Part shown: in pieces, positions 18,461 through 26,692 of the stretch | Position numbering within the stretch: the stretch's first letter is position 1 | Layout: the number at the start of each line of letters is the position of its first letter | Assembly: GCF_000018785.1 (NCBI RefSeq) | Contig: NC_010163.1 | Coordinates: 30,001-62,000 of the forward strand | Direction: 5' to 3' | From: Acholeplasma laidlawii PG-8A | GTDB taxonomy: Bacteria > Bacillota_I > Bacilli_A > Acholeplasmatales > Acholeplasmataceae | Length of the DNA: 32,000 nucleotides | The notes under the pieces: generated by a model | Database searches by the model: none | What the model saw: only the letters and a program-made list of their open reading frames with translations | What the model was told of the DNA's origin: nothing | Made by a program: the position numbers and the translations under genes

Positions 18461-18474
18461 TGAAAGCGTTATCA
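18461..18474. promoter_or_regulatory. cre/LacI-type operator just downstream of the predicted transcription start (TGAAAGCGTTATCA)
   Basis: Matches the cre consensus TGWAANCGNTNWCA at every position. It lies between the -10 hexamer and the AGGAGG SD (18480-18485). Confidence 0.6.
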
Positions 18475-18491
18475 ATATTAGGAGGAATTCA

Positions 18492-21095
18492 ATGACAAAA
18501 CTATTTTCTTACCCTATGAAAAAATTAGTTGTCTTAACAGTGCTTATAGCTACATTATTTACACTTATAGCTTGTATAAATGAAAATGAACATACGAATG
18601 ATACAGATGTTACTATTACATTTGAAACAAATGATACAGTGACTAAAGGATCAGTAATAATCAAATCGGGAACCTTATTAAGTGAAACAGATCTATCTAT
18701 TCATGATAGAGAGCATTTCACTTTTAATGGTTGGTATATAGATGAGGCATTAACTCAACCTTTTGACCCATTAGAAGAAATAAAAGAATCTATAAAATTA
18801 TACGCTAAATGGACAGAAGATGAAGTGCCTACTTATCGTTATGAACTTCTATTCAACGGTGGTAACTACTGGTATGAAAACAGAGAACAAATGGTAGATG
18901 ATTTTATAAGTGATTATAATACATTTAGTGATAATACATATACCCTTGAAACTTTACCGATGGATAAAGACAGTTTATTAGATATTGCTGAATTTATGTA
19001 TGAAGAAACCTATAGAACAAAGTGGTTATGGTTAACAAGATATTTAAGATTAGTCGGATCAGATACTAATAAATCCTCTATGAGTGCATTATTAGCTCAA
19101 TCTAGTTTAGATAAGTTCTTGGCACAAAACGAGAAAAATAGAAAAGCTGTATCTTATGAAATTAGAGCGTTTATCAAAGGGGCACAGTTTACAGATGATG
19201 CAACATTAAGTTCATCAGATTATACAGACACAGAACTTAAAACAGGATTTTGGCCATTCATAGTCGGATCTCAACAAGCCATATTTGAAGATGCAAAACA
19301 CGAGGTGATATTACCAACCACCTTATACAAAGAAGGCTTTGTGTTCTATGGTTGGTATTTAACTGAAAACTTTTATGGTGAACCAGTAACTAAAATTAAT
19401 GGTTCAGCAACTTTATTTGCAAGATTTGATGGTGAAAATCCAATTGATTCCGTCATTATTGAAAACGAAGTAGAATATATGGAAAAAGGCACAGAGTTAG
19501 CACTGGATATAACAATTCTTCCACTAGATGCAACCTATACTGATTTAAGATTTGAAATTAGAGAGCAATCTGTAGCATCGATAAGTGCTGATGGTGTTAT
19601 TACAGCACTTAATGAAGGAGAATTTACATTATATATCATGGCTGAAAATGGTAGATTATTAAAGGTTCTTGACATGACAGTTTATCCAAAAGATGATATT
19701 AACTTAACCTTTAATGAAGGTTTTAACGGTTACTTAAAAGTGGATGAACAATTTGAAATTGAAGTTACTGGTGTAGGTAGAGATGCATCAAGTAACCACT
19801 ATACATTTAGTGTTGTTGATGACAGTGTGATTCAAATGTCTGAATCGGGTGTATTTAATGCACTTAAAGTAGGTTCTACAGAAATTAATATCTTAAACTT
19901 AGATACAGTTGTAATGACATATACTGCAATTGTTCAAGATGACTTATCTACATCGAGAGTTGATCAGTTACTTGAGTTATTAAGAGATGGACATAATGCT
20001 GTAGCTACACCATTTACTTTAGTAACCAGATATGAAACAACCAATGAATGGCGTGATCCTAGACATGAAAGTGTCAACACCTATTTATTTGATGATTTAG
20101 TGATTGATAAAGATAGTTATCCAATGCCAGACGGCTTAAAAAACAGTGGTGCTAGACCTTCAACAGAATTTATCTTATTACATGATACAGCAAATCTTCA
20201 TATTGGATTAATGGCACACGGTGCATTTTTCCAAAGTGCTGCAAATGCAGTATCTATTCACTATATTACAGGGGACTATGGTGTACTACAAAGTCTAGCT
20301 GAAGATAGAATTGGATGGCATGCTGGTGATGGTACTGGTACAAGTTTTCAGTGGTATAAGACGGGTGTCATGGCAACCAATAATGAAAAACCATTTATTG
20401 ATATTTCAGAAGATGGATTCTTCACCTTTAACGGTGAAAAATCAGTAGTTGAAGCACCAAGAGGTTTAAATGGTGAAATTCTTACTAGAGATTACTTTAC
20501 ATATCTAGGACCAACTTGGGATATATTTGATGGTGAGTATGTCATCGGTAGAACATACCTTGCAACTAACCAACAAAAACGTGGCGTGATTGCATCCTTT
20601 GGTGGAAATAGAAACTCAGTGGGTATTGAAATGAGTATTAATGTCGATGGCGATATTGTCGATACAGTACAAAGAACAGCAAAACTTGTTGCATACCTAT
20701 TAGAAAAATATGACTTACCAAATCATAGAGTTATTTCACATAATACAACAGATGGTAAGGGAGATCCTTACACATTACACAATACAGTCTATAAAGGCAC
20801 TTGGTACTTTGATAGATTTATGGAACACGTCGAAATCGAGCGTGAGATCTTAGTGAATTATAGCGATGCTAAAATTACACTCACATCAGATTCAGATTTA
20901 GTATCAAGCACAGGTAGAATTACAAGATTCCCTGATGTAACAACTGAAGTTAAATATACAATAACAGTTGAAATTGATGGTGTTTCAAAATCAATCGATC
21001 TAGTAAGTGTTGTTCCAGGTATGAGTACATGGAATCAATACCATGGCTTCTTTACACCAACACAAGCATGGGCTAAAGCAGACTATAGAAATTAA
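18492..21095 (+). CDS. Large surface lipoprotein (867 aa): Listeria-Bacteroides repeats, two Ig-like (Big_2-type) domains, split Amidase_2 (N-acetylmuramoyl-L-alanine amidase) domain, C-terminal Ig-like tail
   Basis: - Lipobox LIAC (Cys28).
- Flg_new-type repeat FTFNGWYIDE ... LYAKW.
- Big_2-like IDSVIIENEVEYMEKGTEL ... ALNEGEFTLYIMA.
- Amidase_2 motifs: EFILLHDTA (His564, nt 20181-20183), SIHYITGDYGVLQS ... IGWHAGDG, NSVGIEMS, VISHNTTDGKGDP (His750, Lys756, Asp758).
- AGGAGG SD. Confidence 0.8.
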   Translation: MTKLFSYPMKKLVVLTVLIATLFTLIACINENEHTNDTDVTITFETNDTVTKGSVIIKSGTLLSETDLSIHDREHFTFNGWYIDEALTQPFDPLEEIKESIKLYAKWTEDEVPTYRYELLFNGGNYWYENREQMVDDFISDYNTFSDNTYTLETLPMDKDSLLDIAEFMYEETYRTKWLWLTRYLRLVGSDTNKSSMSALLAQSSLDKFLAQNEKNRKAVSYEIRAFIKGAQFTDDATLSSSDYTDTELKTGFWPFIVGSQQAIFEDAKHEVILPTTLYKEGFVFYGWYLTENFYGEPVTKINGSATLFARFDGENPIDSVIIENEVEYMEKGTELALDITILPLDATYTDLRFEIREQSVASISADGVITALNEGEFTLYIMAENGRLLKVLDMTVYPKDDINLTFNEGFNGYLKVDEQFEIEVTGVGRDASSNHYTFSVVDDSVIQMSESGVFNALKVGSTEINILNLDTVVMTYTAIVQDDLSTSRVDQLLELLRDGHNAVATPFTLVTRYETTNEWRDPRHESVNTYLFDDLVIDKDSYPMPDGLKNSGARPSTEFILLHDTANLHIGLMAHGAFFQSAANAVSIHYITGDYGVLQSLAEDRIGWHAGDGTGTSFQWYKTGVMATNNEKPFIDISEDGFFTFNGEKSVVEAPRGLNGEILTRDYFTYLGPTWDIFDGEYVIGRTYLATNQQKRGVIASFGGNRNSVGIEMSINVDGDIVDTVQRTAKLVAYLLEKYDLPNHRVISHNTTDGKGDPYTLHNTVYKGTWYFDRFMEHVEIEREILVNYSDAKITLTSDSDLVSSTGRITRFPDVTTEVKYTITVEIDGVSKSIDLVSVVPGMSTWNQYHGFFTPTQAWAKADYRN

Positions 21096-21107
21096 TAATG
21101 CAAAAAG

Positions 21108-21148
21108 ATAAGAGAACTTTATAAAAACAAAACATAAAGTTCTCTTAT
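21108..21148 (+). terminator. Perfect 15-bp hairpin between the two paralogous lipoprotein genes (terminator or processing/attenuation element; no T-tract)
   Basis: ATAAGAGAACTTTAT (21108-21122), 11-nt loop, ATAAAGTTCTCTTAT (21134-21148). It is followed by GTATAT rather than a U-run. Confidence 0.45.
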
Positions 21149-21199
21149 GTATATAAAGGGATAAAAAAATATGAGAAAAATAAGGGGAATAAGAGAACT

Positions 21200-24100
21200 A
21201 TGAATATCATCAAATATCCAAAAATAGTAACGAGTATTTTGATGGTTTTAAGTATGTTTATACTCGTATCATGTACAAATAATCAAGAGAATATAATTTT
21301 AAGTTTATCCACATATGAAGAAGCGTTAGAAGTTGGACAAACACTTCAAATAAACCATGAACTTAAAACAGGTGATAAAATCATTAATGACACCATAAAC
21401 TGGGAAAGCACGAATGAAGGTGTAGCAACCATTCAAACAGGTTTAGTGCGTGCTATAAGTGAAGGTACTACAACAATTAAAGCTACCTACAAAACGCTAA
21501 GTCAAAGTGTTGTAATTACAGTTACAAAAAAATCTGAAACTTCCTATACCGTGTCGTTTAATACAGATGGTGGAACCGTTATAGAACCGGTAAATGTTTT
21601 AGAAGATTCGATTATAACTAGACCAGCGAATCCTACTAAAGAAGGACACTCATTTAGTAACTGGTATATAGATGAAGAGTTTTTAGAAGCGTTTGACTTT
21701 AATGATGTCATCACAAGTGATTTAGTGTTATATGCTAAGTTTATACCTAATCAATATAGAATAACTTTCACTACAAATCATACGACTTTAAAAGAGGATA
21801 TTTTAATCCATCACGGGAATACTTTAAATGAAGAACAACTCACTCTAGAAGCTAATGACAAGGCAGTGTCTGGTTGGTATTTAGATAGTGAATTAAAGAA
21901 CGCTTTTAATTTAGAAACTGTTATCACAAATGATTTAACACTTTATGCTAAGTGGGATGTAAAAAAAATAAGTATATCCTTTATAACAAATGATGAAACT
22001 ATCACGAAACCCGCTATTCAAATGAACTATGGTACTCAAATGAGTGCTGCTCAATTAAATATCGGCAGTAAGCCGTTTCACGACTTTGATGGCTGGTATT
22101 TAGATAGTGATTATAGCGAGGCTTTTGTAAGAACGATACCCTTAACTACATCACTTACTTTATATGCTAAGTGGGTAGAACATGAAAAGACTTATTATAC
22201 TGTAAACCACTTAATTAAAACATCATCTACAACAAGTGAAGTACATCAAACTTACCAAGTACAAGATGTCTATGTCGGCCAAGTTGTTCGAATTGATGCA
22301 CTCAATATACCAGATATGTATGCTGATAATTTAGTAGTAGAGGCGACCATAGAAAAAGATGGTCAAACCATAATTAATCTATATTATGGTCCAAAGGGTT
22401 ATACATATGAACTCGACTTCAACGGTGGTAATACAAGATATAGTAATAGAGAAGCTATGGTTGAAGATTGGATTAAAGACTATAATAGTTTCGCTGGAAA
22501 AACATATACATTAGAAACCCTACCAATGGGTTCTTGGGAACTTGGTAATATCCATAGTTTTATGTATAGTCCAGTATACCGAAATAAATGGTTATGGATT
22601 GCAGACTATTTAAAAGTGGTTGGATCAGCAACCAATAAAGGACCTGTAGGATTACTTATTACAACACCTACGCTTCAACAATTTGATGCCGTTAGTGATA
22701 ACAATAAATACGCGGTAAGTTATGAAGTTAGAGGCTTCATTAAAGGTGAAAAGTTTACTGCAAATGCAAGTTGGCAGTCTTCTGATTATGGAATTAATGA
22801 TTTAAAGCACGGCTTTTGGCCATATCTAGAAAAGGCAGAACAAAAGATTATAACGAATGGACAATTTGATGTAACACTGCCTACAAATGTGTATTATCCG
22901 TATCATGAATTTATTGGTTGGTATGATAATGAAGCACTTGAAGGAGAGTCTATCACGGTGATTAATGGACCAACCAAGGTATATGCTAAATTTGAAGAAA
23001 TTAATCCGGTTACGCTATTAGAAATAGATAACCCGATTGAAGAGATGGAAAAATTAACACAGTATCAATTAAATGTCACGATCTTACCTGAGGATGCCTA
23101 CAATAAAACATTGGTATATAGTTCCTCAGATGTGCGTATTGCAACAATTAGTTCAAGTGGTTTAATAGAAGCACACAATGAAGGTGAAGTTGTCATAAAA
23201 GTAACTTCTCAAAATGGTAAGGTCTCATTAGAATTTAATTTAAAGATATATCCCAAAGATGATATCATGCTTCAATTTGATGAAACATTTAATGGTTACA
23301 TTACAGTTGGAGATAGTTTTAATATGGAAGCTATTGGTGTTGGCCGTATGGCTACAAGTGAGCACTATAACTATGACATACTTGATACAAACGTACTTAC
23401 AATGTCTGAACCTGGGTTATTTCATGCGGTGTCAGAAGGTACAACTCAAATTGATATATATAACTTAGATACGCTTCAATATAGTTATAAAGTCATCATT
23501 CATCCTAAGTTTTCAACTTCTAGAATTGATCAATTACTAGAAATACTTGCAAACGGACATAATCCTGTTGCAACAGGTGTAAACTTCATTCCATACTACA
23601 CAGCAAGTGAAGAATGGTCTGATCCAAGACATGAAAGTGTAAATAGCTATTTATTTGATGATTTTGTAGTAGATAGAACGGGCTATAGAGTACCAGATGG
23701 CTTAAAGGATAGTGGAACACGTCCTTCTACGGAATTTATTCTCATGCATGATACAGCAAACTTAAATGGTGGGCTCGTTGCACACGGAAACTTCTTTATG
23801 AAGACTGATAACAACGTATCCATTCACTATATTACAGGTGACTACGGAATTATTCAAAGTTTAAGTGATGATAGAATAGGTTGGCATGGAGGGGATCGTA
23901 ACTTACCATTTGAGTGGTTAAAAACCGGTGTGATGGCAACATCAAATGAAGCGCCTTACATTGATATAGCTCCAAACGGGTTTTACACATTTAATGGTAT
24001 ACAAACACTTATCATGGCACCAAAACATACCAATGGTAGCATGTTAGATCGTTCATACTTCACATATCTTGGACCAACTTGGGATATATTTGAGGGTGAA

Positions 24101-24661
24101 TATGTCATGGGAACAACCTACTTTACTACAAGTCAACAAAGTAGAGGGGTGATTGCTACTAGAGGCGGAAATAGACACTCAGTGGGTATTGAAATGTCTG
24201 TCAACAAAGATGGTGATATTATGGATACAGTGCAAAGAACTGCTAAACTTGTTGCTAACTTACTAGAACAATATGACCTAGACAATAGCCGCGTGATTCT
24301 TCATAATACAACAGATGGTAAGGGCGATCCTTATACATTTAACAATACGATTTATAAAGGTAGTTGGTATTTCGATCGTTTTATGGAGTTCGTTTCGATT
24401 GAACGTACGATATTAAAAGACTTTTCTGATGCTAAAATTACCTTAACATCAAACTCACCTTTAGTATCAAAAACAGGACGCATTCTTCACCTACCTGATA
24501 TGACAACAGAAGTAACTTATACAATCACTGTTGAACTAGATGGTGAAACAAAATCTATAGAACTTGTAACAGTAGTTCCAGGTATAAATACTTGGAGTCA
24601 AAACTATGGTTTCTTTAAACCGTTCCAAGCTTATTCAAAATCAGATTATAGACAATCCTAA
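21200..24661 (+). CDS. Large surface lipoprotein (1153 aa), paralog of 18492-21095 with an extra N-terminal Big_2 domain and three extra Listeria-Bacteroides repeats
   Basis: - Lipobox LVSC (Cys25).
- Big_2-like INWESTNEGVATIQTGLVRAISEGTTTIKA.
- Three repeats ending LYAKF or LYAKW.
- From aa 403 (nt 22406) onward it is collinear with aa 116-867 of the upstream protein.
- Amidase_2 motifs: EFILMHDTA (His850, nt 23747-23749), SIHYITGDYGIIQS ... IGWHGGD, HSVGIEMS, VILHNTTDGKGDP. Confidence 0.8.
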   Translation: MNIIKYPKIVTSILMVLSMFILVSCTNNQENIILSLSTYEEALEVGQTLQINHELKTGDKIINDTINWESTNEGVATIQTGLVRAISEGTTTIKATYKTLSQSVVITVTKKSETSYTVSFNTDGGTVIEPVNVLEDSIITRPANPTKEGHSFSNWYIDEEFLEAFDFNDVITSDLVLYAKFIPNQYRITFTTNHTTLKEDILIHHGNTLNEEQLTLEANDKAVSGWYLDSELKNAFNLETVITNDLTLYAKWDVKKISISFITNDETITKPAIQMNYGTQMSAAQLNIGSKPFHDFDGWYLDSDYSEAFVRTIPLTTSLTLYAKWVEHEKTYYTVNHLIKTSSTTSEVHQTYQVQDVYVGQVVRIDALNIPDMYADNLVVEATIEKDGQTIINLYYGPKGYTYELDFNGGNTRYSNREAMVEDWIKDYNSFAGKTYTLETLPMGSWELGNIHSFMYSPVYRNKWLWIADYLKVVGSATNKGPVGLLITTPTLQQFDAVSDNNKYAVSYEVRGFIKGEKFTANASWQSSDYGINDLKHGFWPYLEKAEQKIITNGQFDVTLPTNVYYPYHEFIGWYDNEALEGESITVINGPTKVYAKFEEINPVTLLEIDNPIEEMEKLTQYQLNVTILPEDAYNKTLVYSSSDVRIATISSSGLIEAHNEGEVVIKVTSQNGKVSLEFNLKIYPKDDIMLQFDETFNGYITVGDSFNMEAIGVGRMATSEHYNYDILDTNVLTMSEPGLFHAVSEGTTQIDIYNLDTLQYSYKVIIHPKFSTSRIDQLLEILANGHNPVATGVNFIPYYTASEEWSDPRHESVNSYLFDDFVVDRTGYRVPDGLKDSGTRPSTEFILMHDTANLNGGLVAHGNFFMKTDNNVSIHYITGDYGIIQSLSDDRIGWHGGDRNLPFEWLKTGVMATSNEAPYIDIAPNGFYTFNGIQTLIMAPKHTNGSMLDRSYFTYLGPTWDIFEGEYVMGTTYFTTSQQSRGVIATRGGNRHSVGIEMSVNKDGDIMDTVQRTAKLVANLLEQYDLDNSRVILHNTTDGKGDPYTFNNTIYKGSWYFDRFMEFVSIERTILKDFSDAKITLTSNSPLVSKTGRILHLPDMTTEVTYTITVELDGETKSIELVTVVPGINTWSQNYGFFKPFQAYSKSDYRQS

Positions 24662-24673
24662 CGAAACTACATG

Positions 24674-24709
24674 ACACCCCAAGTTTGAGATTAAACTTGG
24701 GGTGTTTTA
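24674..24709 (+). terminator. Rho-independent terminator after the second lipoprotein gene
   Basis: ACACCCCAAGTTT (24674-24686), loop GAGATT, AAACTTGGGGTGT (24693-24705), then TTT. Confidence 0.85.
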
Positions 24710-24727
24710 CTTAATTAAAAATATATA

Positions 24728-24757
24728 TTGAAATAAGACTCGTATATTTGATATAAT
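24728..24757 (+). promoter_or_regulatory. Sigma-70 promoter upstream of ppa-yebC
   Basis: TTGAAA (24728-24733), 18-nt spacer, extended -10 TGaTATAAT (24749-24757). A second candidate, TAGAAA-17-TGaTACAAT, ends at 24802. Confidence 0.5.
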
Positions 24758-24834
24758 AAAACACCGCAAAAGATAGAAAAATACCTAATTTAGTGATACA
24801 ATGTATATGCTAATAGAGGAAAAAGGTGAATATT

Positions 24835-25377
24835 ATGAATATATGGCATGACATAAATCCATCCCGCATAACACCGGAGCGTTTTATTGTTTGTATTGAG
24901 ATTACTAAAGGTAGTAAAAAGAAGTACGAACTAGATAAAGAAACAGGGATGATTATTTTAGATAGAGTATTATACACATCAGCACATTATCCAGCGAACT
25001 ACGGATTTATTCCTAGAACATATGCTGGTGACAATGACCCACTTGATGTATTAGTACTATGTCAAGAAGACATTGAGCCAATGTCTTTAGTAGAAGTGTA
25101 TCCAATTGGTGTCATTAAAATGATTGATAGTGATGAAGTAGATGAGAAAATTATTGCAATTCCTTATGGGGATCCATCTATGACACAGTATAAAGATTTA
25201 AAGGGGTTACCACATCATTTGCTTTCTGAGATTTCTCACTTTTTTGAAGTGTATAAATCCCTAGAAGGAAAGAAAACATACATTCTTGACATTGAGTCAA
25301 GAGATGAGGCAATTAAAGTTGTATCTGAGGCTATGGTCTCATACGACAAAGTATTTACAAATAAGAAAGAGAAGTAA
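24835..25377 (+). CDS. ppa: Inorganic pyrophosphatase, family I
   Basis: Signature GDNDPLDVLVL. The N-terminus MNIWHDI is typical. ATG 24835 has AAAGGTGA 5 nt upstream and is preferred over the GTG at 24826 in the ORF track. Confidence 0.92.
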   Translation: MNIWHDINPSRITPERFIVCIEITKGSKKKYELDKETGMIILDRVLYTSAHYPANYGFIPRTYAGDNDPLDVLVLCQEDIEPMSLVEVYPIGVIKMIDSDEVDEKIIAIPYGDPSMTQYKDLKGLPHHLLSEISHFFEVYKSLEGKKTYILDIESRDEAIKVVSEAMVSYDKVFTNKKEK

Positions 25378-25382
25378 ACATT

Positions 25383-26102
25383 ATGGGTAGAGCATTCGAA
25401 GTAAGAAAAGCATCAATGGCAAAAACTGCCGCAGCAAAATCAAAAGTATATTCAAGATATGGTAGAGAAATCTACATGGCAGCTAAAGCAGGAACACCAG
25501 ATCCTGAGACAAACCAAGCTCTTAAAAGAGTTATTGAACGTGCAAAGAAGGAACAAGTCACAGCTGATATTATTAAACGTAATATTGATAAAGCTAAAGG
25601 TGGCAGTGATGAAAACTATGCAGAAATCAGATATGAAGGTTTTGGTCCAGAAGGTAGCTTAATTATTATTGAGTGTTTAACTGATAATACAAATAGAACC
25701 ATTTCAGATGTACGAAAACTATTTAACAAGGCATATGGAAAACTAGGTGTATCCGGTTCTGTGTTACACCAATTTGACCATAAAGCAGTATTTGAAGTTG
25801 AAGCACCTGAAAATAAATTATTAGAAATCTTATTAGAAAACGATGTTGATATTACTGACTATGAAGCAGAAGAAGGTGTAGTTACAATCTATGCTGAACC
25901 TACTGAGTACGGTAAAATAGCTGACGTTTTAAAGGATAACAACCTAGAGAGTAAGGAAGAAGCAATTATGTTTATTCCGATGCAAACCATGGAAATTAAA
26001 GATCCAGAAGAACAAGCTAAATTTGATCGCTTGATTGAAGGATTAAATGAACTGGATGATGTCAAAGATGTTTTCCATAACGTTATAAGTTCTGGAGAGT
26101 AA
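25383..26102 (+). CDS. yebC: YebC/PmpR-family DNA-binding regulator
   Basis: 239 aa. N-terminus MGRAFEVRKASMAKTAAAKSKVYSRYGREI and PDPETNQALKRVIERAKKEQV are typical of the family. Confidence 0.92.
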   Translation: MGRAFEVRKASMAKTAAAKSKVYSRYGREIYMAAKAGTPDPETNQALKRVIERAKKEQVTADIIKRNIDKAKGGSDENYAEIRYEGFGPEGSLIIIECLTDNTNRTISDVRKLFNKAYGKLGVSGSVLHQFDHKAVFEVEAPENKLLEILLENDVDITDYEAEEGVVTIYAEPTEYGKIADVLKDNNLESKEEAIMFIPMQTMEIKDPEEQAKFDRLIEGLNELDDVKDVFHNVISSGE

Positions 26103-26129
26103 TTTATAATACTTTTATAAAAAAACTTT

Positions 26130-26175
26130 GAGGTATATCACTTGATTAATCGGTGTGATATACCTCGTTTTTTTT
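26130..26175 (+). terminator. Rho-independent terminator after yebC
   Basis: GAGGTATATCAC (26130-26141), 13-nt loop, GTGATATACCTC (26155-26166), then G and T8. Confidence 0.85.
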
Positions 26176-26261
26176 ATTTATTAGTGGTTTTATAAATTGA
26201 TAGTAAGTTTAATCGCTACATGTTTATTCTGATAATTATAATCTGTTAATATTGCTAATAT

Positions 26262-26564
26262 ATGAGCACTATGAAAAATAAAAATATGTTTGATATAAGT
26301 GACTTTGTTGGTGTCGAAACAATTCAAGTAGTCAAACATAATTTAATAAATAGATTTAAATTAAGAAGAAAAGAATCTAGAATGACTCAAAGACTTTTAA
26401 GTCAAATGTCTGGTGTTAGCTATGCATCAGTTAGGCGATTTGAGACTTCAGGAGATATTTCTTTTGCCTCACTTCTAAAGCTAAGTGAAGCACTTGGATT
26501 GCTTTTGGAATTTAATCAGCTATTTAGTAGACCTATAATTAAGGATATTCGGAGGGGAAAATGA
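26262..26564 (+). CDS. XRE-family helix-turn-helix protein, HipB-like antitoxin
   Basis: HTH MTQRLLSQMSGVSYASVRRFETSGDISFASLLKLSEALG. The stop overlaps (ATGA) the start of a HipA-N-terminal-like ORF. The start codon is uncertain because none of the candidate Mets has an SD. Confidence 0.7.
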   Translation: MSTMKNKNMFDISDFVGVETIQVVKHNLINRFKLRRKESRMTQRLLSQMSGVSYASVRRFETSGDISFASLLKLSEALGLLLEFNQLFSRPIIKDIRRGK

Positions 26565-26692
26565 AAATCGATATAAAGCGACTTACGGTAACCTATAACA
26601 ATAAAGTTGTTGGTTATCTGGAAGATATAGGTGAAGGTGAAATTGCTTTTCAATATGACGTTTGGTGGAAACAATCAGGTTCTTTACAGTAA
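26561..26692 (+). pseudogene. Truncated hipA-like toxin gene (only 43 N-terminal codons remain)
   Basis: GGAGGGG SD 3 nt upstream. MKIDIKRLTVTYNNKVVGYLEDIGEGEIAFQYDVWWKQSGSLQ* resembles the HipA N-terminal coupling domain (xLxVxxNGxxVGxLxxxxxGxxxFxYDxxW). Full-length HipA kinases are roughly ten times longer. No kinase-domain remnant was seen downstream in any frame. Confidence 0.6.

Noticed and set aside
23259-23468. Same-strand out-of-frame ORFs inside the second lipoprotein gene (23259-23468) and inside yebC (25459-25662).
   Set aside because: They overlap well-supported reading frames, and they have no SD and no motif.
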